Assembly (NCBI RefSeq): GCF_001194135.2
Contig: NC_068984.1
Location: 86,684,635-86,748,634 of the forward strand
Reading direction: 5' to 3'
DNA from: Octopus bimaculoides
Lineage: Eukaryota
DNA length: 64,000 nt
In this document: piece after piece, positions 1 to 11,289 of the stretch
How the letters are laid out: every line of letters begins with the position of its first letter
How positions within the stretch are numbered: the stretch's first letter is position 1
Made by a program: the position numbers and the translations under genes
Notes under the pieces: model-generated
Databases searched by the model: none
Seen by the model: only the letters and a program-made list of their open reading frames with translations
Told to the model about the DNA's origin: nothing

Positions 1-362
1 GGGTGGCTCCAATACACAAGTCCTTTGTTTCGATGACTGCTATACATGACTCAATGGCTTTGAACTGTTTGATCACCCTCCCTATTCTCCTGATTTGGCT
101 CCATCTGACGATCATCTATTCCCCATCATGAATAAACACTTAGCTGGGAACCAGTATCATAATGATGATGATGTCATATCTGTTGTTGATTTTTTTTACC
201 AACAAGATGAAAGCTTCTACACCAATGGGATCCAAGCACTGCAAAACCGATGGAGGTGTGTGGACCAAAAGTGGGGGGGCTATGCTGAAAAGTAAACCTC
301 TTTTGGTCACATTCTATGAAAATATCTTGGCCAACCTATGAACTTTTCAGCCAGCCCTCATA
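1..362 (+). mobile_element. Mariner transposon 3' remnant (degenerate transposase C-terminus and right TIR)
   Basis: Reads HPPYSPDLAPSDDHLF...GIQALQNRW...YAEK*, the mariner YSPDLAPSD catalytic-D motif. It ends in the TIR-like CCTATGAACTTTTCAGCCAGCCCTCATA. Confidence 0.9.
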
Positions 363-786
363 GTACTGGTCTACATGGTACCAGTAGCAGGTCTTATCAG
401 CCTGTTTTGAGATCCCTGACCAGTCTGATAAATCACCCTACCATCTCAAATAAAGGATACATTGAATGATGTAGTCTCTAATATACAAAACAATGGGCTG
501 GTCACTTGGATTGCCTATTTCATAAGTCTGCTTGATCAGGGTTAAACAAGAACTCTAAATGGATTCTATCACCAAAACAGTTCTCTGTGCTAGCAGCACT
601 CTGATCCATTTCTAAATCTACATTGCATGCACTAAACAAACTCCTCCTAAATACCTGCACCTTTCATGCAAGCACCACCTACATTATTCGAACTGAAAAG
701 TAACTACTGCAATTGAACCAGTCTCAAGGAACTGTAAAAAGCATAGACATGGCTTCTACTGTTTTGACAGGCTTTTTCTTTTTTAA

Positions 787-835
<49 letters not shown>

Positions 836-879
836 AATAAAATATATAAAATGTATATACATATATATATATCATCATC

Positions 880-1085
880 ATCATCGTTTAACGTCCATTT
901 TCCATGCTGGCATGGGTTGGACAGTTTGACTGAGGTCTGGAGAGCCACCGGCTTCACAGGTTCCAATGTAATCTGGCAATGTTTCTACAGCTGGATTCTC
1001 TTCCTAATGCCAACCACTTCAAGAGTGTAGTGGGTGCTTTTTATGTGCCGCTGGCACAGGAGCCAGTCAGGGGGCACTGGCATCG
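880..1085 (-). mobile_element. RTE-type LINE 3' UTR fragment
   Basis: (CAT)n tail followed by CGTTTAACGTCCATTTTCCATGCTGGCATGGGTTGGACAG... The same sequence follows RTE ORF ends at about 24.8, 26.9 and 48.3 kb. Confidence 0.7.
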
Positions 1086-1095
1086 GATATACATT

Positions 1096-1126
<31 letters not shown>

Positions 1127-1479
1127 AGTCAACAAAAGTAAGAATGGAGAAAATCACATTTCTATTTGGTGATTACATCATACAACACATACAATCATTT
1201 CTGTTGTGTCAACATATTCAAATACAGAAAATATCAGTTAAATTAATATATCCCAAAATAAGTTACCTTGGATGTTATTCTACTAGCATTTATTGGTATC
1301 TGATTGTTGGATATAGTTAACTTAGTTCATTTAACACTGAGTGTTTTATTGATATTTACCTGGATTTTTTTAATATCTATGTATGTATATATATGTATTA
1401 TAATATAAATAATATATATATATATATATATATGCATATATACACACATACATGTACATGCCTACATATATATATGTAT

Positions 1480-2060
1480 ATATACATTCATATATGGGTA
1501 AAGGACGTCAAAAAAACGTGAACAAAATAAGAAACAAGAACATAAAAAACTTTTTCGAACAACGAAAGAAACAAATAGAGAAACGAGACAGGCAACATAA
1601 AGAACACTCCCTTCATCAGTTGTCCCCTGTTTTATCTACTCCATGCTTCAAAGGTAGGGACAAGACGCGACTTCGTTAAAACAGTTCTTCCCACAAAGCA
1701 AATTAAATAAAATTTGGGATTTTTTGCAGAGTGTTAAAGTGGTAACAAAAACAGGACAGTGAGAACAAAACAGTAAAAACAAATGGTGAGGGCTGTTAAA
1801 CCATAACGAGGTGAAGTGGTGAACACTGGAAAAACGAGCTTTGAGGAGAGACAGGCAAAAGCACATCATGTCTTTAGGAAGGAAGTGGAAGAAAGAAAAA
1901 TAGATAGCCATTGGTCACGTGTGAGCAACGAGAGTCAAGGAGGAAGAGTGAGAGAGAGGGAACAGTGATGGGGTGAGGAGAAGAATTAGAGAAAGGGTGG
2001 GAGAGAAAATCAGAAAGGAAGAAGAACAAGAGAGAGAGATAGAATAGAGATAGGTTGTAG
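1480..2060 (-). mobile_element. Unclassified interspersed repeat, homologous to 63340-63930 (possibly Penelope-like terminal repeat)
   Basis: Shared blocks with the reverse complement of 63.4-63.9 kb: AATAAAATTTGGGATT, GGTAACAAAAACAGGACAGTG, GAGGGCTGTTA and GGTA(A/C)AGGACGT. Both copies carry CTGATGA on the same strand. Confidence 0.6.
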
Positions 2061-2407
2061 AGTGCTATATNNNNNNNNNNNNNNNNNNNNNNNNNNNNNN
2101 NNNNNNNNNNNNNNNNNNNNNNNNNNNNNNNNNNNNNNNNNNNNNNNNNNNNNNNNNNNNNNNNNNNNNNNNNNNNNNNNNNNNNNNNNNNNNNNNNNNN
2201 NNNNNNNNNNNNNNNNNNNNNNNNNNNNNNNNNNNNNNNNNNNNNNNNNNNNNNNNNNNNNNNNNNNNNNNNNNNNNNNNNNNNNNNNNNNNNNNNNNNN
2301 NNNNNNNNNNNNNNNNNNNNNNNNNNNNNNNNNNNNNNNNNNNNNNNNNNNNNNNNNNNNNNNNNNNNNNNNNNNNNNNNNNNNNNNNNNNNNNNNNNNN
2401 NNNNNNN

Positions 2408-3259
2408 TCCCTCAAATGATTCTGTAAACTACGAAACAAATGGTAATCTGAAGGAGCAAGGTCGGGAGAATAAAGGTGGATGAGGAATTTTTTCCCAACC
2501 AAGCTCTTCAATCTTCTGTGATGTAATCTTTGCAGTGTGGGGTCGCGCATTGTCCTGATGAAGCATCACTCCTTTTCGATTCACTAAAGTGGGTCTTGTT
2601 TTCTTCAAAGTTTGGTTCAAACGCTCTAATTGCCGACAGTAGACTTGAGCATTGATTGTTGCATTAGATGGTAATAGTTCAAAGTGAATTACTCCTTTGT
2701 AATCCCACCAGATAGAGAGAAGAACCTATTTTCCATGAAGTTCCCTTCTCGGTTGTGATTGAGCTTTTTCCCTTTTACCAAGCTACTGTTTACAATGTTT
2801 AACATTTCGATAGAAAATCCATTTTTTGTCACCAGTCACAAGTCTATCCAAAAAGGGTGAAATGAGTTCGTGAGAATGGAGAGAAGAGCAGATGTCAACT
2901 CGGGATTTGCAGTTGCTTTCGGACAATTCATGAGGTACCCATTTTCCAAGTTTAGGAACCTTTCCAAGTTGTTGAAGATGACGATGAACAGTTGTATGGT
3001 TTGAACTAAGCTTTATTGCCAATTCTTCAACTGATAATGCAGGATTTTCTTCAAGTAATGCCTCAAGGAGTTTATCATCAAACGCAACTGGACGTCCTGT
3101 TCGATCTTCATCTTCAAGGCTCAAATGTCCACTTCTGAATTTTGCAAACCATCTTCTGCAAGTTCTTTCATTCAAGCATTCTTTCCCATAAACTGAGTGT
3201 ACGTTTCGAGTCGTTTCGGCTGCAGAGTTTCCTTTTTTGTACTCATAAAGCATTATGTG
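2408..3259 (-). mobile_element. Mariner transposase pseudogene (DD34D type), 5' end cut off by a SINE
   Basis: Frameshifted pieces give HIMLYEYKKG...RRWFAKFRSG (HTH), WVPHEL, LVTGDKKWIFY, VMLHQDNARPH and YSPDLAPSDYHLF. Confidence 0.95.
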
Positions 3260-3690
3260 CCTGGGTTCTCATTCCTAAGGTATTTCTCGATGTTATTATT
3301 ATTATTATTATTATTATTCAGGTCACTGCCTGGAATCGAACTCAGAATCTTGGGGTTAGTAGCCCGCACTGTTAACCACTATGTCACAGGCATAAGGTGT
3401 AGTGGTTAAGAGCGCGGGCTACTAACCCCAAGATTCCAAGTTCGTTCCAAGCAGAGACCTGAACAACAATGACGCCAACGCCACAGCCACCACCACCACT
3501 ACTACCATCACCAAAAAATACCTTAGGAATGAGAACCCAGGTTCAAAATTTCCCCAAGACACCTAGTGACGGCTGGAGGGTATATCAGCCAAAACGTTGT
3601 GTTAACAACAAACAAGATGAGGACAAATAACTGTCAAATGTAAATAATGTACATAATTCATCATCTCTTATATATAGAACTGTAAAACCA
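3260..3690 (+). mobile_element. tRNA-derived SINE with inverted truncated 5' copy and hammerhead-like 3' tail
   Basis: A-box-like GTGTAGTGGTTAAG and B-box-like GTTCG(A)TTCC at 3398-3450. The segment 3260-3381 is its reverse complement. A hammerhead-like motif lies at 3558-3603. Confidence 0.75.
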
Positions 3691-3721
3691 AAATAATTCG
3701 TATCAAGTAAATTTATTATAT

Positions 3722-4100
3722 ATAGGCACAGGCATGACTGTGAGGTAAGAAACTTGCTTCCCAACCACATGGTTCAGGGTTCAGTCCCACTGAGTGGCAC
3801 CTTGAGCAAGTGTTTTCTACTATAGCTTCAGACCAATCAAAGCCATGTGAGTGAAGTTGGTAGATGGAAACTGAAAGAAACCCATCATATATATATGTAC
3901 ATCTATCTATGTGTGTGTGTGTCCCTGTGTTTGTCCTACTACCACTGCTGCGGGCTTGTTTATGCCTTCATAACTTAGTGGTTCAGTAAAAGAAACAGAT
4001 AGAATAAGTACCAGGCCTTAAAAAAATAAGTCATGGGGTCGATACATTCAGCTAAAAATTCTTCATGTCTGCTGTCTAATGACTGAAACAAGTAAAAGAA
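3722..4100 (+). mobile_element. SINE family A (tRNA head, CORE-like CCTTGGGCAAGTG, internal microsatellite, GACTGAAACAAGTAAAAGA tail)
   Basis: Full-length copy matching the near-intact copy at 29473-29872. Confidence 0.85.
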
Positions 4101-4159
4101 AGATACCAGAATAGATATATAGACTTTCTACGTAGAGAGATGAGTTTTCCTCATCTTTT

Positions 4160-4520
4160 ATTTTCTATTTGTTTCAGTCTTTGGACTGCAGCCATGCTGG
4201 GGTACTGCCTTGAAGGGTTTAGTCAAACAAATTGACCCAGTGCTTATTTTTTAAGCCTGCTATTTATTGTATTGGCCTCTTCTAAGTTACAAGGATGTAA
4301 ACAAACCAACACTGGTTGTAATCAGTGGTGGGAGACAAACATAAAGAAATACCCATTTTCACACACACACACACACACACATAGAGGCTTCGACTGACAA
4401 GGCTTTGATCAGTCCAGGGCTATAGTAGAAGATACTGACCTAAGTGCTATGCAGTGGAACTGACCCCAAGACCACAAGGTTGGAAAAGAAGCTTCTTAAC
4501 CACACACACATGTATCATTG
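4160..4520 (-). mobile_element. SINE family A
   Basis: Reverse-complement copy, tail-to-tail with 3722-4100. Confidence 0.85.
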
Positions 4521-4582
4521 CTCTAGTTTCTTTTCTTTTTTTTAAATAATAATAATCACATATTCTTTCAGAATGTAACTTA

Positions 4583-4777
<195 letters not shown>

Positions 4778-5668
4778 TTAACCAACTAGCATCATTTGTC
4801 AAGTAGGAGTAGCTTCTGGCATTATCAGAATGAGTTGTCACAAATTAGAATATGTCAATAGCTTCAAGAATAGTTGTGTGTAATCACTTATCCACTACTC
4901 AACCAAAATGACTCACACAATCTGTAATGGGAAACCTTGCTAAGATCAGATCTATAAAACTTCTGATTTATATATTTTATATCTGAGCTCTGATTACTTC
5001 TTGTTATTGTTATCAACCTTTTACCTGCCATGGAAGCACAAAGCCTGTGTTCAAAAGCTCTACTTGACCTTTTGAGAACTATACCTCTCTAAATCATCCA
5101 CTTAGCTCCACAGTATAAACAGACACAGAGAATTCATTTCAAGCACTTGATGCCCCACTGAGAAGGCAACATTATGATGACCCAGGGTCCTGTTGACCCT
5201 TAGGTCATCCTAATGAGAAGGTTACTGTCTCTACCACCACTACCACTAAAATGGCGTAATAGACAAGGCCCTCTTTGCTGTTATAATAACAACAGCTAAC
5301 TGCCACTAACTGACCAACCAACCAACCAACCAACCACTCTGTAAATACACTCATGCAAATAAAATACAAACATTTGTAACAAACATTGTTACATTTTCTT
5401 TTCACAACTTGTAAATATATTTTCCATACCCATTCTTGAATCGGTATTCATTGAAATATCAAATTTTGTTAGTTCATAAATGTATTACATACTAGAATTG
5501 CATCATTTACATTCATGTACATAACTTGTCCAAACATCAATACACAAATACATTTATACCAGTAGCAAACGAAAATCATCCAGCAGGGGTGGTGAAATTA
5601 CTAAATCTAGATTTTTGCCTCTTTTCAAGTCATTAATAGCAAGCATCCACTAGCAACTGCATACTTAG

Positions 5669-5888
5669 CCCTTTAGCATTTAAACTAGCCATATCCAGCC
5701 CAAATATTCTACTTGCTTTATGTTCAAACTAGCTAGATCTGGCCTCTTACACATATCTTAAAATGTCATTCTAAAAATATACAATCACTTTATTAAAATC
5801 TCAAAGCTATGAGATTATGCAGGATTAATTGAAAACAATGTGAATAAATAAGCATTACATTTGATAAAGTAATCTGAATGCTAAAGGG
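5669..5888 (+). mobile_element. piggyBac-type MITE family 1 (220 bp) with TTAG target duplication
   Basis: TIRs CCCTTTAGCATT...AATGCTAAAGGG, flanked by TTAG at 5665-5668 and 5889-5892. A paralogous empty site lies at 6465-6468. Confidence 0.85.
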
Positions 5889-7741
5889 TTAGACAAATTT
5901 AGCCTCTACTGATAGAGAAAAACAGTGATTGACAGGATTGGCAGGCAGGATAAAAATTTAATAATAGCAAAAGAAGCAGTATTATTAAAAAAAAAAATCC
6001 ACAAAACTGCTGTATTCATCACTATAAAGCTTCTCATAGATTTATAATGTTAAAGAATACAGAAGTGTAGCAGCAAGCAGAGAAAAATCATCCAGCAACA
6101 ACAGCAGTAGAATTGCTAAATCTAGATTTCAGCATATTTGCATGACACCAGACAACTTTCATCTGTTACTAATGTTCCTCTGTGCTTTTTAGTATTATAT
6201 ATCTATGAGATAATTTTCTTGAGACAAATATTGCAGTGTTGTGGCTTTCTATAGTATATCCATGTTAAGATATACAGAATGCTATTCTGAACTAATACTG
6301 CTTCTGCTGCTAATATTGAATTTAAATCAATGACTCTTCAATCCACAGAAGTGTATCAGCAGCAGATAAAAATCATCCAGCAATAACAACAGTAGAATTG
6401 GTAAATCCAGATTTCTGTGAATTTATACATCATTAATAACAAGCATCCACTAGCAACTGCATACTTAGACAAATTTAGCATCTACTCCTATATGTGACAC
6501 CAGAGACACCATACATACATTCAAACATATATACTGTTTGCAATTGGCCACCATTCAGTTACAGTAAATTTACTAACATTTACAAATCATTTCTTCCAGA
6601 CTTTGACTGTCCAAGCAAAATCATTTGATCAGGCTTTCTCTAAAATTTCTAGCAGGAAATCAGAAAATTTTATGAGAATATCTATGATGCCCCACACAGA
6701 CACTACTTCCAATAGAATATTAATGAGAAGAGCCAGAAATAGCAGCCAAACCATCCTCAAATTACACTACCCTATCGTCCTGAAAAACTGTATAATGTAG
6801 TCCTAAATATGCAATAACAGAGAAAAGAATGGGTCTAGGTGGATGAAGAAAAACACCTAACTATAGCAGCAGGAAAAGAAGGCGATGAAGAAGTAAACTT
6901 CTTAATCACAGTTATACCTACACCTGTGCCATACATGTGCCTTACTACATGATCGCAAATTTAAAGGTCATTGATGTACCATAGTCATCAAAAAATATCT
7001 ACATTTCCAATATGTAGATAAATTAAACAGCCAAAATATACACGTGTAAATGATATATCATGAACTGACTACCATACTTGCCAATAATCACTAACATCAT
7101 CATTTTGCATCCTCCTTCCATGCCATCATGGGTTGGACAGTTTGACAGAAGCTGGCAAGTCAGAAGATTGCACCAAGCTCTGTCTGCTTTGGCATGGTTT
7201 CTATGGCTAGATGTCCTTCTTTTACCATGTATCTGAATATTCTTTTGTCCTTCTGATGTTCTAATTAATTTAATGCTGGATGCCCTCCTTTTATCAAATA
7301 TCCAAATATTCTTTGTCCTTTTGATATCCTAATTAATTTAATGCTTCTTCCCACATAACTGCCTGTTTGCCATGTGAACAGTATTTCAAGTAAACTTGAG
7401 TTTTCAGTGTTTCCCTTAATCAACATCAATAAATACACATTTCATTGTGTTTAATATGTGATGAAGTCAATACAATTTCACTAAGTTATTGTAAGGCTGA
7501 TGAGCTTCAACAAAACAAAATGTATTTGAAGCTGCTTCCCATACCTAACAATGAAAAATTACTATTGATCATCAAATAATATATTTGTCACATATCTGAA
7601 CATAATTTGGCTTTCTAATATTCAAATTAGTAAATAAACTTTCACCTACATAACTGCTGAATTATCATAGGAGGATAGTATCTCACACAAATTTATCATT
7701 AATCTCTATTTCACTATATATGTATGTATTTATGTATGCAT

Positions 7742-8058
7742 GAAGGTATATGGCATAGCAGTTAGTGTATTGGCTCACAATCATAAGGTCATGACTTCAA
7801 TTCTCAGTGGTGCATTGTATCTCATAAGCAGAACACTTAATTCATATTGCTCCAGTCCACTCAGCTGGCCAAAATGAGTAATTCCTGTAGTTCAATGTGC
7901 TAGCCTTCTCACATTCTGTGTCATGCTCAATCTCCCTGTGAACTATGTTAAAGGTACATGTGTCCGTGGAGTGCTCAGCCACTTGCACATTAATTTGATG
8001 AACAAGCTGTTTCATTGATCATATGAACTCATCATTATAACCGAAGGAGCGCCCCAGC
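7742..8058 (+). mobile_element. SINE family B (tRNA head; GCTCCAGTCCACTCAGCTG core; GGAGTGCTCAGCCACTTGCAC body)
   Basis: Homologous to 13985-14295 (-) and 39268-39575 (+). Confidence 0.75.
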
Positions 8059-9067
8059 ATATATGTATGTATGAGAAATAGGGATAAAAACAAGTTTGAA
8101 TTATAGTTCCTGCACATGTTTCACCATTATGATTGCTTGGAGTCCTACAGTAGGTGTCCCAAAAAGGTAGGGAGAGAGAGAGAGAGAGAGAGGAAGAAAG
8201 TGGCTTTTTGCTTTTGCCTTTATCCTTCCTCCTCTCTCCCAGCAACTTTTAAATCTCTCGTACTACGAAGTGAACTGTTTTTGCCAACCATGTCCCATAA
8301 AGGAAGTCAGACTTATAATAATATATCTATATGACTATTTACTGGTTCTATACCCAAGATTTTTTTACATATTTCATTTGTTAATTATGAACCTTATAAT
8401 TATTACATAATTCCCAGCTTCCAAAAACAGCTGTTTAGTTAAAAAAACTAAGTATCCTTCCTTAGTATTCTATTTTTATGTCCTATGTAAACATATTTCT
8501 ATAAATATATATATCTTCTGAATATATGTAGTTACATATGTCTATGTATATCTATATCTATTTATGTACGTTTATCTATGTCAAGCTTAATCATGTTTAT
8601 CTACATCACTATCTCCATAGCTCACCTGGATTTCTCTTACAGCCACTCTTGATGTCATGGACCAAGTAACGGATTAAGAATTTAGAATTTAAGTTTAAAT
8701 CATTTGAGCAATACTGTTTTCTATACTGAGCATATCTAGTTTTCACCTTTTGACTCTGTGTGTGTGTGTGTATGTACACACACACACACACACAGATAAG
8801 CATTCATCTTGTAATTAAATGCAATGGTATTCAACACATACAAGCTAGCACAATATTCATTTCTTCTTAATCAGAAACTGCAACCATCTGGAATTCCTTC
8901 CCCACTACACCATGATTCTTCTCACAGAGATACTCAGGATGAACATCAAACACATCAATGTCACCAGTCTCAGAGGCTTGTAAAGGTCAAGGGCTCAGTA
9001 CCTTCTTCTTTTGATTGACCAATTCAAAAACCAAAATACTTCACTATACTTTCATTTAACATATCTT

Positions 9068-9290
9068 TTATCTTTTACTTGTTTCAGTCATTTGACTGAG
9101 GCCATGCTGGGGCACCACCCTGAAGGGTTTTAGTCAAACAAATCAACCCCAGGACTAATTTTTTAAAGCCTGGTACTTATTCTATCAGTCTCTTTTGCTG
9201 AACCACTAAGTTACGGGGACATAAACACACCAACACCAGTTGTCAAGCAGTGGTGGGGGACAAACACAGACACAAAGTCACACACATAGA
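9068..9290 (-). mobile_element. SINE family A, 3' half
   Basis: TTTTACTTGTTTCAGTCATTTGACTG...CCATGCTGGGGCACC tail; abuts an RTE 3' UTR fragment at 9318-9425. Confidence 0.8.
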
Positions 9291-9942
9291 TACGTGTGTG
9301 TGTGTGTGTGTGTGCTGGTACCACATAAAAGTACCTAGTACACTCTGTAAAGTGGTTGGCATTAGAAAAGGCATCCAACCATAGAAACCATGCCAGCAAG
9401 AAAACAGACATTAAAGGATGATGATGATGAACTTGTCCACATTTATTTAAATACTGTGTAAGGGATTTTAAAGTGTAGCTCACTATTAACAATTTCCCTT
9501 CCATTCTTGATTTCAAAACACCCCAGTGTGTTGTATAATAAACCAAATATATTCCCTTGTTCTTTTTTTTTTAACTTTCAAATTTAATTGCAAAACTAAT
9601 AACATTTATTACTTATTTGAAACAATTACACAATAACTGACCTTATTTCATGTTTATAAAATACTGAACAACAGCACAGCCAGTATACAAGAGCTTTACT
9701 ATCATCCAGAACTAATAGATACATTTAGTTGTTGAATGTTTTGTGGAATAATATTAAAAAATAGTTAATGTGAAAAATATGTGATAAATGGAATAAGAGA
9801 TATCAAATGATTCCTATAAGTAAAAAGTTGTCTAACATGCTTGTGAAAATGGATAAGAAGTAGGGGAGTTGATTGTAGACAATAAGTTGAATTGTCAAAA
9901 GAAATTTGTTAACCAGAATAAAATTGATAAAAACTAATTTAA

Positions 9943-10152
9943 CCTTTTTGATATCAAATTGCTTGACACTGCCTCTGATGCTATGATACAAACTTCCTGT
10001 TTAAAATGACCTAAATCAAAACTTACCTTATTAATTTATATTTCAAACACCATTTTAGTAATGTCAAAGTTATTTTATTAAATTCTTTATTATTTTCAAA
10101 ATTAATTGAAACAAAGGCAATGTATTTTAACAGAAATATGGTAACAAAAGGT
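9943..10152 (+). mobile_element. piggyBac-type MITE family 2
   Basis: TTAA-CCTTTTTGAT...GGTAACAAAAGGT-TTAA; homologous to 10961-11183. Confidence 0.7.
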
Positions 10153-10194
10153 TTAAAGAGAACTAACTTTAATTTTCAACTTGTAACAATAATA

Positions 10195-10395
10195 TTGGCA
10201 CATGGTCAATAATTTTAGGGGAAGGGTAAATCGATTACATCGACCTCAGTGTACAACTGGTACTAATTTTATCAACCCTGAAAGGTTGACAGGCAAAGTT
10301 GACCTTGACAGAATTTGAATTCTGAGTCTAAAGATGAACAAAATGCTGCAAAGCATTTTGCCTGACATGCTAATAATTCTGTCAGCTCACCACTT
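10195..10395 (-). mobile_element. SINE family C (tRNA head; CCTTTCATCCTTTCGGGGTCGATAAA-like central domain)
   Basis: Same family at 22725-22930, 31310-31500, 41528-41740 and 52805-52985. Confidence 0.7.
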
Positions 10396-10541
10396 TAAAC
10401 AATAATAATAATATTGCAAAAAAGTAATGCAAAACATAACTGTTAAAATTTGGTTGCCTTAAAATATGTCAAAATTATTTTCCTATTAAGCAGGAGAGAC
10501 ACAAATTAGAAAGTGAGATTAGCTAATTTAATCTGACTCAC

Positions 10542-10869
10542 CTTTTTCTGTATCTGTTGAACTATGCTCTGATTTGCTGGCTATTTGACTAGATGGTCGA
10601 GAAGTGTCTATATGTGCATTTGGAATAACTGGCATTGCAGGGCTAACAGAATGGGACCTATTTGCTGTTGAAGAACTACTGCTATTGCTACTAACTGAAG
10701 ATACCTCTCTGCTCTCAAAACAACTTGAAGGAGTCTGTGTATATAAGGTCCGTGTTGTTGCCAGAGAATTGGGGCCATTATTGTTGGCATTGCAACCACT
10801 TAGTGAATATTGCTGGTGTTGCTGTTGATCAGGTAAGGGTGCTCGATGGCCATCAGGAATATCATGAGT
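10542..10869 (-). CDS. GLCCI1: GLCCI1/FAM117 exon THDIPDGHRAPLPDQQQ...TRTLYTQTPSS...STDTEK(G)
   Basis: Acceptor TTGATTTCCTTACAG|ACT and donor G|GTGAGT, 328 nt. DIPDG.RAPLP and TQTPS match GLCCI1. Confidence 0.95.
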
Positions 10870-10960
10870 CTGTAAGGAAATCAAACACTGACATTGTAGT
10901 GCAAAAGATATTCAAGACAAACGTAAGGAGACAATATATAACAAATACTGAGCCTCTTAA

Positions 10961-11183
10961 CCCTTTTGATGCCAACCTGGCTAAGACCACCCATGGTTCT
11001 GTGATACAAACTTTCTATTTTGAAGTGATCAAAATAAAAACTTTCCTTTGTAATTTCATGTTAATTTATGTTCCAAACACCGGCTTTAATAGTGACAAAA
11101 TTATTTTACTAAATTCTTCACTATTTTCAAATTAATTGAAACAAAGCCACTGTATATCAACAAAAATATGGTAATGAAAGATT
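10961..11183 (+). mobile_element. piggyBac-type MITE family 2, about 90 nt from the exon acceptor
   Basis: TTAA-CCCTTTTGATGCC...GGTAATGAAAGAT-TTAA. Confidence 0.7.
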
Positions 11184-11289
11184 TAATTAAGACTAGATCA
11201 AAAATCAAACTAAATGGCAATTTATAAATTTTCAATATAGAAAAAGAAAGTCAAGTGCTTTTATTTCATTTTACCAGCAGAAATGTCAT

